DNA of 64,000 nucleotides. It comes from Eledone cirrhosa (taxonomy: Eukaryota). This document shows, piece by piece, positions 1 to 10,550 of the stretch (positions are counted from its first letter, which is position 1; each line of letters starts with the position of its first letter). The DNA lies in assembly GCA_964016885.1 (NCBI GenBank), contig OZ024743.1, forward strand, positions 236,964,001 to 237,028,000, given 5' to 3'. A model generated the notes under the pieces. It did not search any database. It saw only the letters and a list, made by a program, of their open reading frames with translations, and was not told the DNA's origin. A program made the translations under genes and the position numbers.

Positions 1-3000
1 CTACAGTATTGATTAGTCTGTCTAAGTCTAAAGTCTGTCTTATCATATACAGCTACAGTATTGACAATTCTGTCTCAGTCTAAAGTCTGTCTTGTTTTAG
101 ACAGCTACAGTATTGATTAGTCTGTCTAACTCTAAAGTCTGTCTTGTTATAGACAGCTACAGTATAGATTAGTCTGTCTAAGTCTAAAGTCTGTCTTATC
201 ATATACTGCTACAGTATTGACAATTCTGTCTCAGTCTAAAGTCTGTCTTGTTTTAGACAGCTACAGTATTGATTAGTCTGTCTAACTCTAAAGTCTGTCT
301 TGTTATAGACAGCTACAGTATTGATTAGTCTGTCTAAGTCTAAAGTCTCTCTTATTATAGACAGCTACAGTACTGATTAGTCTGTCTAAGTCTAAAGTCT
401 GTCTTATTATAGACAGCTACAGTATTGACAATTCTGTCTAAGTCTAAAGTCTGTCTTGTTATAGACAGCTACAGTATTGACAATTATGTCTAAGTCTAAA
501 GTCTGCCTTGTTATAGACAGCTACAGTATTGATTAGTCTGTCTAAGTCTAAAGTCTGTCTTATTATAGACAGCTACAGTACTGATTAGTCTGTCTAAGTC
601 TAAAGTCTGTCTTGTTATAGACAACTACAGTATTGATTAGTCTGTCTAAGTCAAAAATCTGTCTTATTATAGACAGCTACAGTATTGACAATTCTGTCTA
701 AGTCTAAAGTCTGTCTTGTTATAGACAGCTACAGTATTGATTAGTCTGTCTAAGTCTAAAGTCTGTCTTATCATATACAGCTACATTATTGACAATTCTG
801 TCTCAGTCTAAAGTCTGTCTTGTTTTAGACAGCTACAGTATTGATTAGTCTGTCTAACTCTAAAGTCTGTCTTATTTTAGACAGCTACAGTATTGACAAT
901 TCTGTCTAAGTCTAAAGTTTGGCTTATTATAGACAGCTACAGTATTGTCAATTCTCTCTAAGTCGAAAGTCTGTATTATTATAGACTGCTACAGTACTGA
1001 TTAGTCTGTCTAAGTCTAAAGTCTGTCTTGTTATAGAGAGTTACAGTATTGATTAGTCTGTCTAAGTCTAAAGACTGTCTTGTTATAGACAGCTACAGTA
1101 TTGATTAGTCTGTCTAAGTCTAAAGTCTGTCTTATTATAGACAGCTACAGTATTGACAATTATGTCTAAGTCTAAAGTCTGTCTTGTTATAGACAGCTAC
1201 AGTATTGATTAGTCTGTCTAAGTCTAAAGTCTGTCTTATTATAGACAGCTACAGTACTGATTAGTCTGTCTAAGTCTAAAGTCTGTCTTGTTATAGACAA
1301 CTACAGTATTGATTATTCTGTCTAAGTCAAAAATCTGTCTTATTTTAGACAGCTACAGTATTGACAATTCTGTCTAAGTCTAAAGTTTGGCCTATTATAG
1401 ACAGCTACAGTATTGTCAATTCTCTCTAGGTCGAAAGTCTGTATTATTATAGACTGCTACAGTACTGATTAGTCTGTCTAAGTCTAAAGTCTGTCTTGTT
1501 ATAGAGAGTTACAGTATTGATTAGTCTAAGTCTAAAGACTGTCTTGTTATAGACAGCTACAGTATTGATTAGTCTGTCTAAGTCTAAAGTCTGTCATATT
1601 ATAGACAGCTACAGTATTGATAATTCTCTCTAAGTCTAAAGTCTGTCTTATTATCGACAGCTACAGTACTGATTAATCTGTCTAAGTCTAAAGTCTGTCC
1701 TGTTATAGACAGCTACAGTAATGATTAGTGTGTCTAAGTCAAAAGTCTTTCTTATTATTGACAGCTACAGTATTGATTAGTCTGTCTAAGTTTAAAGTCT
1801 GTCTTGTTATAGACAGTTACAGTATTGATTAGTCTGTCTAAGTCTAAAGTCAGTCTTCTTATAGACAGCTACAATATTGATTAGTCTGTCTAAGTCTAAA
1901 GTCTGTTTTGTTATAGACAGCTACTGTATTTATTAGTCTGTCTAAGTCTAAAGTCTGTCTTGTTATAGACAGTTACAGTATTGATTAGTCTGTCTAAGTC
2001 TAAAGTTTGTCTTATTATAGACAGCTACAGTATTGACAATTCTGTCTAAGTCTAAAGTCTGTCTTGTTATAGACACCTACATTATTGATTAGTCTGTCTA
2101 AGTCTAAAGTCTGTCTTGTTATAGACAGCTACAGTATTGATTAGTCAGTCTAAGTGTAAAGTCTGTCTTATTATGGACAGTTACAGTACTGATTAGTCTG
2201 TCTAAGTCTAAAGTCTGTCTTATTATAGACAGCTACAGTATTGCCAATTCTGTCTAAGTCTAAAGTCTGTCCTGTTATAGACAGCTACAGTATTGATTAG
2301 TCTGTCTAAGTCTAAAGTCTGTCTTGTTATAGACAGCTACAGTATTGATTAGTCTGTCTAAGTCTAAAGTCTGTCTTATCATATACAGCTACAGTATTGA
2401 CAATTCTGTCTCAGTCTAAAGTCTGCCTTGTTTTAGACAGCTACAGTATTGATTAGTCTGTCTAACTCTAAAGTCTGTCTTGTTATAGACAGCTACAGTA
2501 CTGATTAGTCTGTCTAAGTCTAAAGTCTGTCTTATTATAGACAGCTACAGTACTGATTAGTCTGTCTAAGTCTAGAGTCTGTCTTGTTATAGACAACTAC
2601 AGTATTGATTAGTCTGTCTAAGTCTAAAGTCTGTATTATTATAGACTGCTACAGTACTGATTAGTCTGTCTAAGTCTAAAGTCTGTCCTGTTATAGAGAG
2701 TTACAGTATTGATTAGTCTGTCTAAGTCTAAAGACTGTCTTGTTATAGACAGCTACAGTATTGATTAGTCTGTCTAAGTCTAAAGTCAGTCATATTATAG
2801 ACAGCTACAGTATTGATAATTCTCTCTAAGTCTAAAGTCTGTCTTATTATAGACAGCTACAGTACTGATTAATCTGTCTAAGTCTAAAGTCTGTCCTGTT
2901 ATAGACAGCTACAGTAATGATTAGTGTGTCTAAGTCTAAATTCTTTCTTATTATTGACAGCTACAGTATTGATTAGTCTGTCTAAGTCTAAAGTTTGTCT

Positions 3001-6000
3001 TATTATAGACAGCTACAGTATTGACAATTCTGTCTAAGTCTAAAGTCTGTCTTGTTATAGACACCTACATTATTGATTAGTCTGTCTATGTCTAAAGTCT
3101 GTCTTGTTATAGACAGCTACAGTATTGATTAGTCTGTCTAAGTCTAAAGTCTGTCTTATTATAGACAGCTACAGTATTGACAATTCTGTCTAAGTCTAAA
3201 GTCTGTCTTGTTATAAACAGCTACAGTATTGAATAGTCTGTCTAAGTCTAAAGTCTGTCTTATTATAGACAGCTACAGTATTGACAATTATGTCTAAGTC
3301 TAAAGTCTGTCTTGTTATAGACAGCTACAGCATTGATTAGTCTGTCTAAGTCTAAAGTCTGTCTTATTATAGACAGCTACAGTACTGATTAGTCTGTCTA
3401 AGTCTAAAGTCTATCTTGTTATAGACAACTACAGTATTGATTAGTCTGTCTAAGTCTAAAATCTGTCTTATTTTAGACAGCTACAGTATTGACAATTCTG
3501 TCTAAGTCTAAAGTTTGGCTTATTATAGACAGCTACAGTATTGTCAATTCTCTCTAAGTCGAAAGTCTGTATTATTATAGACTGCTACAGTACTGATTAG
3601 TCTGTCTAAGTCTAAAGTCTGTCTTGTTATAGAGAGTTACAGTATTGATTAGTCTGTCTAAGTCTAAAGACTGTCTTGTTATAGACAGCTACAGTATTGA
3701 TTAGTCTGTCTAAGTCTAAAGTCTGTCATATTATAGACAGCTACAGTATTGATAATTCATTCTAAGTCTAAAGTCTGTCTTATTATAGACAGCTACAGTA
3801 CTGATTAATCTGTCTAAGTCTAAAGTCTGTCCTGTTATAGACAGATACAGTAATGATTAGTGTGTCTAAGTCTAAAGTCTTTCTTATTATTGACAGCTAC
3901 AGTATTGATTAGTCTGTCTAAGTTTAAAGTCTGTCTTGTTATAGACAGTTACAGTATTGATTAGTCTGTCTAAGTCTAAAGTCAGTCTTCTGATAGACAG
4001 CTACATTATTGATTAGTGTGTCTAAGTCTAAAGTCTATTTTGTTATAGACAGCTACTGTATTTATTAGTCTGTCTAAGTCTAAAGTCTGTGTTGTTAAAG
4101 ACAGTTACAGTATTGATTAGTCTGTCTAAGTCTAAAGTTTGTCTTATTATAGACAGCTACAGTATTGACAATTCTGTCTAAGTCTAAAGTCTGTCTTGTT
4201 ATAGACACCTACATTATTGATTAGTCTGTCTAAGTCTAAAGTCTGTCTTGTTATAGACAGCTACAGTATTGATTAGTCAGTCTAAGTCTAAAGTCTGTCT
4301 TATTATGGACAGTTACAGTACTGATTAGTCTGTCTAAGTCTAAAGTCTGTCTTATTATAGACAGCTACAGTATTGCCAATTCTGTCTAAGTCTAAAGTCT
4401 GTCCTGTTATAGACAGCTACATTATTGATTAGTCTGTCTAAGTCTGTCTAAAACAAGACAGACTTTAGACTGAGACAGAATTGTCAATAATGTAGCTGTA
4501 TATGATAAGACAGACTTTAGACTTAGACAGACTAATCAATACTGTAGCTGTCTATAACAAGACAGACTTTAGACTTAGACAGAATTGTCAATACTGTAGC
4601 TGTCTATAATAAGACAGACTTTAGACTTAGACAGACTAATCAATACTGTAGCTGTCTATAACAGGACAGACTTTAGACTTAGACAGAATTGGCAATACTG
4701 TAGCTCTCTATAATAAGACAGACTTTAGACTTAGACAGACTAATCAGTACTGTAACTGTCCATAATAAGACAGACTTTAGACTTAGACAGACTAATCAAT
4801 ACTGTAGCTGTCTATAACAAGACAGACTTTAGTCTGTCTAACTCTAAAGTCTGTCTTGTTGTAGACAGCTACAGTATTGATTAGTCTGTCTAAGTCTAAA
4901 GTCTGTCTTATCATATACAGCTACAGTATTGACAATTCTGTCTCAGTCTAAAGTCTGTCTTGTTTTAGACAGCTACATTATTGATTAGTCTGTCTAACTC
5001 TAAAGTCTGTCTTGTTATAGACAGCTACAGTATTGATTAGTCTGTCTAAGTCTAAAGTCTGTCCTATTATGGACAGTTACAGTACTGATTAGTCTGTCTA
5101 AGTCTAAAGTCTGTCTTATTATAGACAGCTACAGTATTGCCAATTCTGACTAAGTCTAAAGTCTGTCCTGTTATAGACAGCTACAGTATTGATTAGTCTG
5201 TCTAAGTCTAAAGTCTGTCTTATTATAGACAGCTACAGTATTGACAATTCTGTCTAAGTCTAAAGTCTGTCTTGTTATAGTCAGCTACAGTATTGATTAG
5301 TCTGTCTAAGTCTAAAGTCTGTCTTATCATATACAGCTACAGTATTGACAATTCTGTCTCAGTCTAAAGTCTGTCTTGTTTTAGACAGCTACAGTATTGA
5401 TTAGTCTGTCTAACTCTAAAGTCTGTCTTGTTATAGACAGCTACAGTATTGATTAGTCTGTCTAAGTCAAAAGTCTCTCTTATTATAGACAGCTACAGTA
5501 CTGATTAGTCTGTCTAAGTCTAAAGTCTGTCTTGTTATAGACAGCTACAGTATCGACAATTATGTCTAAGTCTAAAGTCTGTCTTGTTATAGACAGCTAC
5601 AGTATTGATTAGTCTGTCTAAGTCTAAAGTCTGTCTTATTATAGACAGCTACAGTACTGATTAGTCTGTCTAAGTCAAAAATCCGTCTTATTATAGACAG
5701 CTACAGTATTGACAATTCTGTCTAAGTCTAAAGTCTGTCTTGTTATAAACAGCTACAGTATTGATTAGTGTGTCTAAGTCTAAAGTCTGTCTTATTATAG
5801 TCAGCTACAGTATTGACAATTATGTCTAAGTCTAAAGTCTGTCTTGTTATAGACAGCTACAGTATTGATTAGTCTGTCTAAGTCTAAAGTCTGTCTTATT
5901 ATAGACAGCTACAGTACTGATTAGTCTGTCTAAGTCTAAAGTCTGTCTTGTTATAGACAACTACAGTATTGATTAGTCTGTCTAAGTCTAAAATCTGTCT

Positions 6001-9000
6001 TATTATATACAGCTACAGTATTGACAATTCTGTCTAAGTCTAAAGTCTGTCATATTATAGACAGCTACAGTATTGATAATTCTCTCTAAGTCTAAAGTCT
6101 GTCTTATTATAGACAGCTACAGTACTGATTAGTCTGTCAAAGTCTAAAGTCTGTCTTATTATTGACAGCTACAGTATTGATTAGTCTGTCTAAGTCTAAA
6201 GTCTGTCTTGTTATAGACAGTTACAGTATTGATTAGTCTGTCTAAGTCTAAAGTCAGTCTTCTTATAGACAGCTACAATGTTGATTAGTCTGTCTAAGTC
6301 TAAAGTCTGTTTTGTTATATACAGCTACTGTATTTATTAGTCTGTCTAAGTCTAAAGTCTGTCTTGTTATAGACAGTTACAGTATTGATTAGTCTGTCTA
6401 AGTCTAAAGTTTGTCTTATTATAGACAGCTACATTATTGACAATTCTGTCTAAGTCTAAAGTCTGTCTTGTTATAGACAGCTACATTATTGATTAGTCTG
6501 TCTAAGTCTAAAGTCTGTCTTGTTATAGACAGCTACAGTATTGATTAGTCTGTCTAAGTCTAAAGTCTGTCTTATTATGGACAGTTACAGTACTGATTAG
6601 TCTGTCTAAGTCTAAAGTCTGTCTTATTATAGACAGCTACAGTGTGGCCAATTCTGTCTAAGTCTAAAGTCTGTCCTGTTATAGACAGCTACAGTATTGA
6701 TTAGTCTGTCTAAGTCTAAAGTCTGTCTTATTATAGACAGCTACAGTATTGACAATTCTGTCTAAGTCTAAAGTCTGTCTTGTTATAGACAGCTACAGTA
6801 TTGATTAGTCTGTCTAAGTCTAAAGTCTGTCTTATCATATACAGCTACAGTATTGACAATTCTGTCTCAGTCTAAAGTCTGTCTTGTTTTAGACAGCTAC
6901 AGTATTGATTAGTCTGTCTAACTCTAAAGTCTGTCTTGTTATAGACAGCTACAGTATAGATTAGTCTGTCTAAGTCTAAAGTCTGTCTTATCATATACAG
7001 CTACAGTATTGACAATTCTGTCTCAGTCTAAAGTCTGTCTTGTTTTAGACAGCTACAGTATTGATTAGAATGTCTAACTCTAAAGTCTGTCTTGTTATAG
7101 ACAGCTACAGTATTGATTAGTCTGTCTAAGTCTAAAGTCTCTCTTATTATAGACAGCTACAGTACTGATTAGTCTGTCTAAGTCTAAAGTCTGTCTTATT
7201 ATAGACAGCTACAGTATTGACAATTCTGTCTAAGTCTAAAGTCTGTCTTGTTATAGACAGCTACAGTATTGACAATTATGTCTAAGTCTAAAGTCTGTCT
7301 TGTTATAGACAGCTACAGTATTGATTAGTCTGTCTAAGTCTAAAGTCTGTCTTATTATAGACAGCTACAGTACTGATTAGTCTGTCTAAGTCTAAAGTCT
7401 GTCTTGTTATAGACAACTACAGTATTGATTAGTCTGTCTAAGTCTAAAGTCTGTCTTATTATAGACAGCTACAGTATTGACAATTATGTCTAAGTCTAAA
7501 GTCTGTCTTGTTATAGACAGCTACAGTATTGATTAGTCTGTCTAAGTCTAAAGTCTGTCTTATCATATACAGCTACAGTATTGACAATTCTGTCTCAGTC
7601 TAAAGTCTGTCTGGTTTTAGACAGCTACAGTATTGATTAGTCTGTCTAACTCTAAAGTCTGTCTTATTTTAGACAGCTACAGTATTGACAATTCTGTCTA
7701 AGTCTAAAGTTTGGCTTATTATAGACAGCTACAGTATTGTCAATTCTCTCTAAGTCGAAAGTCTGTATTATTATAGGCTGCTACAGTACTGATTAGTCTG
7801 TCTAAGTCTAAAGTCTGTCTTGTTATAGAGAGTTACAGTATTGATTAGTCTGTCTAAGTCTAAAGACTGTCTTGTTATAGACAGCTACAGTATTGATTAG
7901 TCTGTCTAAGTCTAAAGTCTGTCTTATTATAGACAGCTACAGTATTGACAATTATGTCTAAGTCTAAAGTCTGTCTTGTTATAGACAGCTACAGTATTGA
8001 TTAGTCTGTCTAAGTCTAAAGTCTGTCTTATTATAGACAGCTACAGTACTGATTAGTCTGTCTAAGACTAAAGTCTGTCTTGTTATAGACAACTACAGTA
8101 TTGATTATTCTGTCTAAGTCAAAAATCTGTCTTATTTTAGACAGCTACAGTATTGACAATTCTGTCTAAGTCTAAAGTTTGGCTTATTATAGACAGCTAC
8201 AGTATTGTCAATTCTCTCTAAGTCGAAAGTCTGTATTATTATAGACTGCTACAGTACTGATTAGTCTGTCTAAGTCTAAAGTCTGTCTTGTTATAGAGAG
8301 TTACAGTATTGATTAGTCTAAGTCGAAAGACTGTCTTGTTATAGACAGCTACAGTATCGATTAGTCTGTCTAAGTCTAAAGTCTGTCATATTATAGACAG
8401 CTACAGTATTGATAATTCTCTCTAAGTCTAAAGTCTGTCTTATTATCGACAGCTACAGTACTGATTAATCTGTCTAAGTCTAAAGTCTGTCCTGTTATAG
8501 ACAGCTACAGTAATGATTAGTGTGTCTAAGTCTAAAGTCTTTCTTATTATTGACAGCTACAGTATTGATTAGTCTGTCTAAGTTTAAAGTCTGTCTTGTT
8601 ATAGACAGTTACAGTATTGATTAGTCTGTCTAAGTCTAAAGTCAGTCTTCTTATAGACAGCTACAATATTGATTAGTCTGTCTAAGTCTAAAGTCTGTTT
8701 TGTTATAGACAGCTACTGTATTTATTAGTCTGTCTAAGTCTAAAGTCTGTCTTGTTATAGACAGTTACAGTATTGATTAGTCTGTCTAAGTCTAAAGTTT
8801 GTCTTATTATAGACAGCTACAGTATTGACAATTATGTCTAAGTCTAAAGTCTGTCTTGTTATAGACACCTACATTATTGATTAGTCTGTCTAAGTCTAAA
8901 GTCTGTCTTGTTATAGACAGCTACAGTATTGATTAGTCAGTCTAAGTCTAAAGTCTGTCTTATTATGGACAGTTACAGTACTGATTAGTCTGTCTAAGTC

Positions 9001-10550
9001 TAAAGTCTGTCTTATTATAGACAGCTACAGTATTGCCAATTCTGTCTAAGTCTAAAGTCTGTCCTGTTATAGACAGCTACAGTATTGATTAGTCTGTCTA
9101 AGTCTAAAGTCTGTCTTGTTATAGACAGCTACAGTATTGATTAGTCTGTCTAAGTCTAAAGTCTGTCTTATCATATACAGCTACAGTATTGACAATTCTG
9201 TCTCAGTCTAAAGTCTGCCTTGTTTTAGACAGCTACAGTATTGATTAGTCTGTCTAACTCTAAAGTCTGTCTTGTTATAGAGAGCTACAGTACTGATTAG
9301 TCTGTCTAAGTCTAAAGTCTGTCTTATTATAGACAGCTACAGTACTGATTAGTCTGTCTAAGTCTAGAGTCTGTCTTGTTATAGACAACTACAGTATTGA
9401 TTAGTCTGTCTAAGTCTAAAGTCTGTCTTATTATAGACAGCTACAGTATTGACAATTCTGTCTAAGTCTAAAGTCTGTCTTGTTATAAACAGCTACAGTA
9501 TTGATTAGTCTGTCTAAGTCTAAAGTCTGTCTTATTATAGACAGCTACAGTATTGACAATTATGTCTAAGTCTAAAGTCTGTCTTGTTATAGACAGCTAC
9601 AGTATTGATTAGTCTGTCTAAGTCTAAAGTCTGTCTTATTATAGACAGCTACAGTACTGATTAGTCTGTCTAAGTCTAAAGTCTGTCTTGTTATAGACAA
9701 CTACAGTATTGATTAGTCTGTCTAAGTCTAAAATCTGTCTTATTTTAGACAGCTACAGTATTGACAATTCTGTCTAAGTCTAAAGTTTGGCTTATTATAG
9801 ACAGCTACAGTATTGTCAATTCTCTCTAAGTCGAAAGTCTGTATTATTATAGACTGCTACAGTACTGATTAGTCTGTCTAAGTCTAAAGTCTGTCTTGTT
9901 ATAGAGAGTTACAGTATTGATTAGTCTGTCTAAGTCTAAAGACTGTCTTGTTATAGACAGCTACAGTATTGATTAGTCTGTCTAAGTCTAAAGTCTGTCA
10001 TATTATAGACAGATACAGTATTGATAATTCTCTCTAAGTCTAAAGTCTGTCTTATTATAGACAGCTACAGTACTGATTAATCTGTCTAAGTCTAAAGTCT
10101 GTCCTGTTATAGACAGCTACAGTAATGATTAGTGTGTCTAAGTCTAAATTCTTTCTTATTATTGACAGCTACAGTATTGATTAGTCTGTCTAAGTCTAAA
10201 GTTTGTCTTATTATAGACAGCTACAGTATTGACAATTCTGTCTAAGTCTAAAGTCTGTCTTGTTATAGACACCTACATTATTGATTAGTCTGTCTAAGTC
10301 TAAAGTCTGTCTTGTTATAGACAGCTACAGTATTGATTAGTCAGTCTAAGTCTAAAGTCTGTCTTATTATGGACAGTTACAGTACTGATTAGTCTGTCTA
10401 AGTCTAAAGTCTGCCTTGTTTTAGACAGCTACAGTATTGATTAGTCTGTCTAACTCTAAAGTCTGTCTTGTTATAGACAGCTACAATACTGATTAGTCTG
10501 TCTAAGTCTAAAGTCTGTCTTATTATAGACAGCTACAGTACTGATTAGTC
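1..10550 (+). repeat. Left satellite sub-domain (variant set A), containing a 6,792-bp-offset duplication
   Basis: Variants confined to this region: TATCATATAC, GTCGAAAG, TTTGGC, TAGAGAGTTAC, TTATTGACAG. Markers at 161/6953, 961/7753, 1429/8221, 1521/8313 and 2571/9363 are all 6,792 bp apart. Confidence 0.85.
4444..4832 (-). repeat. Inverted block of ~7.5 satellite monomers
   Basis: The sequence switches to the reverse complement (GACAGACTTTAGACTTAGACAGACTAATCAATACTGTAGCTGTCTATAA) from ~4444 and returns to forward at TTAGTCTGTCTAACTC (4829-4844). Confidence 0.97.

Noticed and set aside
35-52. Intrinsic terminator, tRNA or structured ncRNA gene
   Set aside because: The hairpin stem is only 6 bp with no U-tract, and there is no cloverleaf or recognisable RNA family motif.
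61-104. Sigma70 promoter (TTGACA in the minority monomer plus a TATTAT/TATAAT-like hexamer)
   Set aside because: Spacing is 26 bp rather than ~17, nothing lies downstream to transcribe, and the match is incidental to a satellite variant.
4444-4832. Transposon or MITE insertion, or recombinase-driven invertible switch
   Set aside because: The content is pure satellite, with no distinct terminal inverted repeats and no recombinase. The 10-bp AGTCTGTCTA near both junctions is ordinary monomer sequence and so not a credible target-site duplication.
7061-7080. TTAGAATG at ~7068 as a member of the right-hand HOR
   Set aside because: The flanking variants (TAACTC; no GAGAGC/GCATTG/GTCCGT) do not match the cassette, so it is more likely recurrent mutation or a short conversion.
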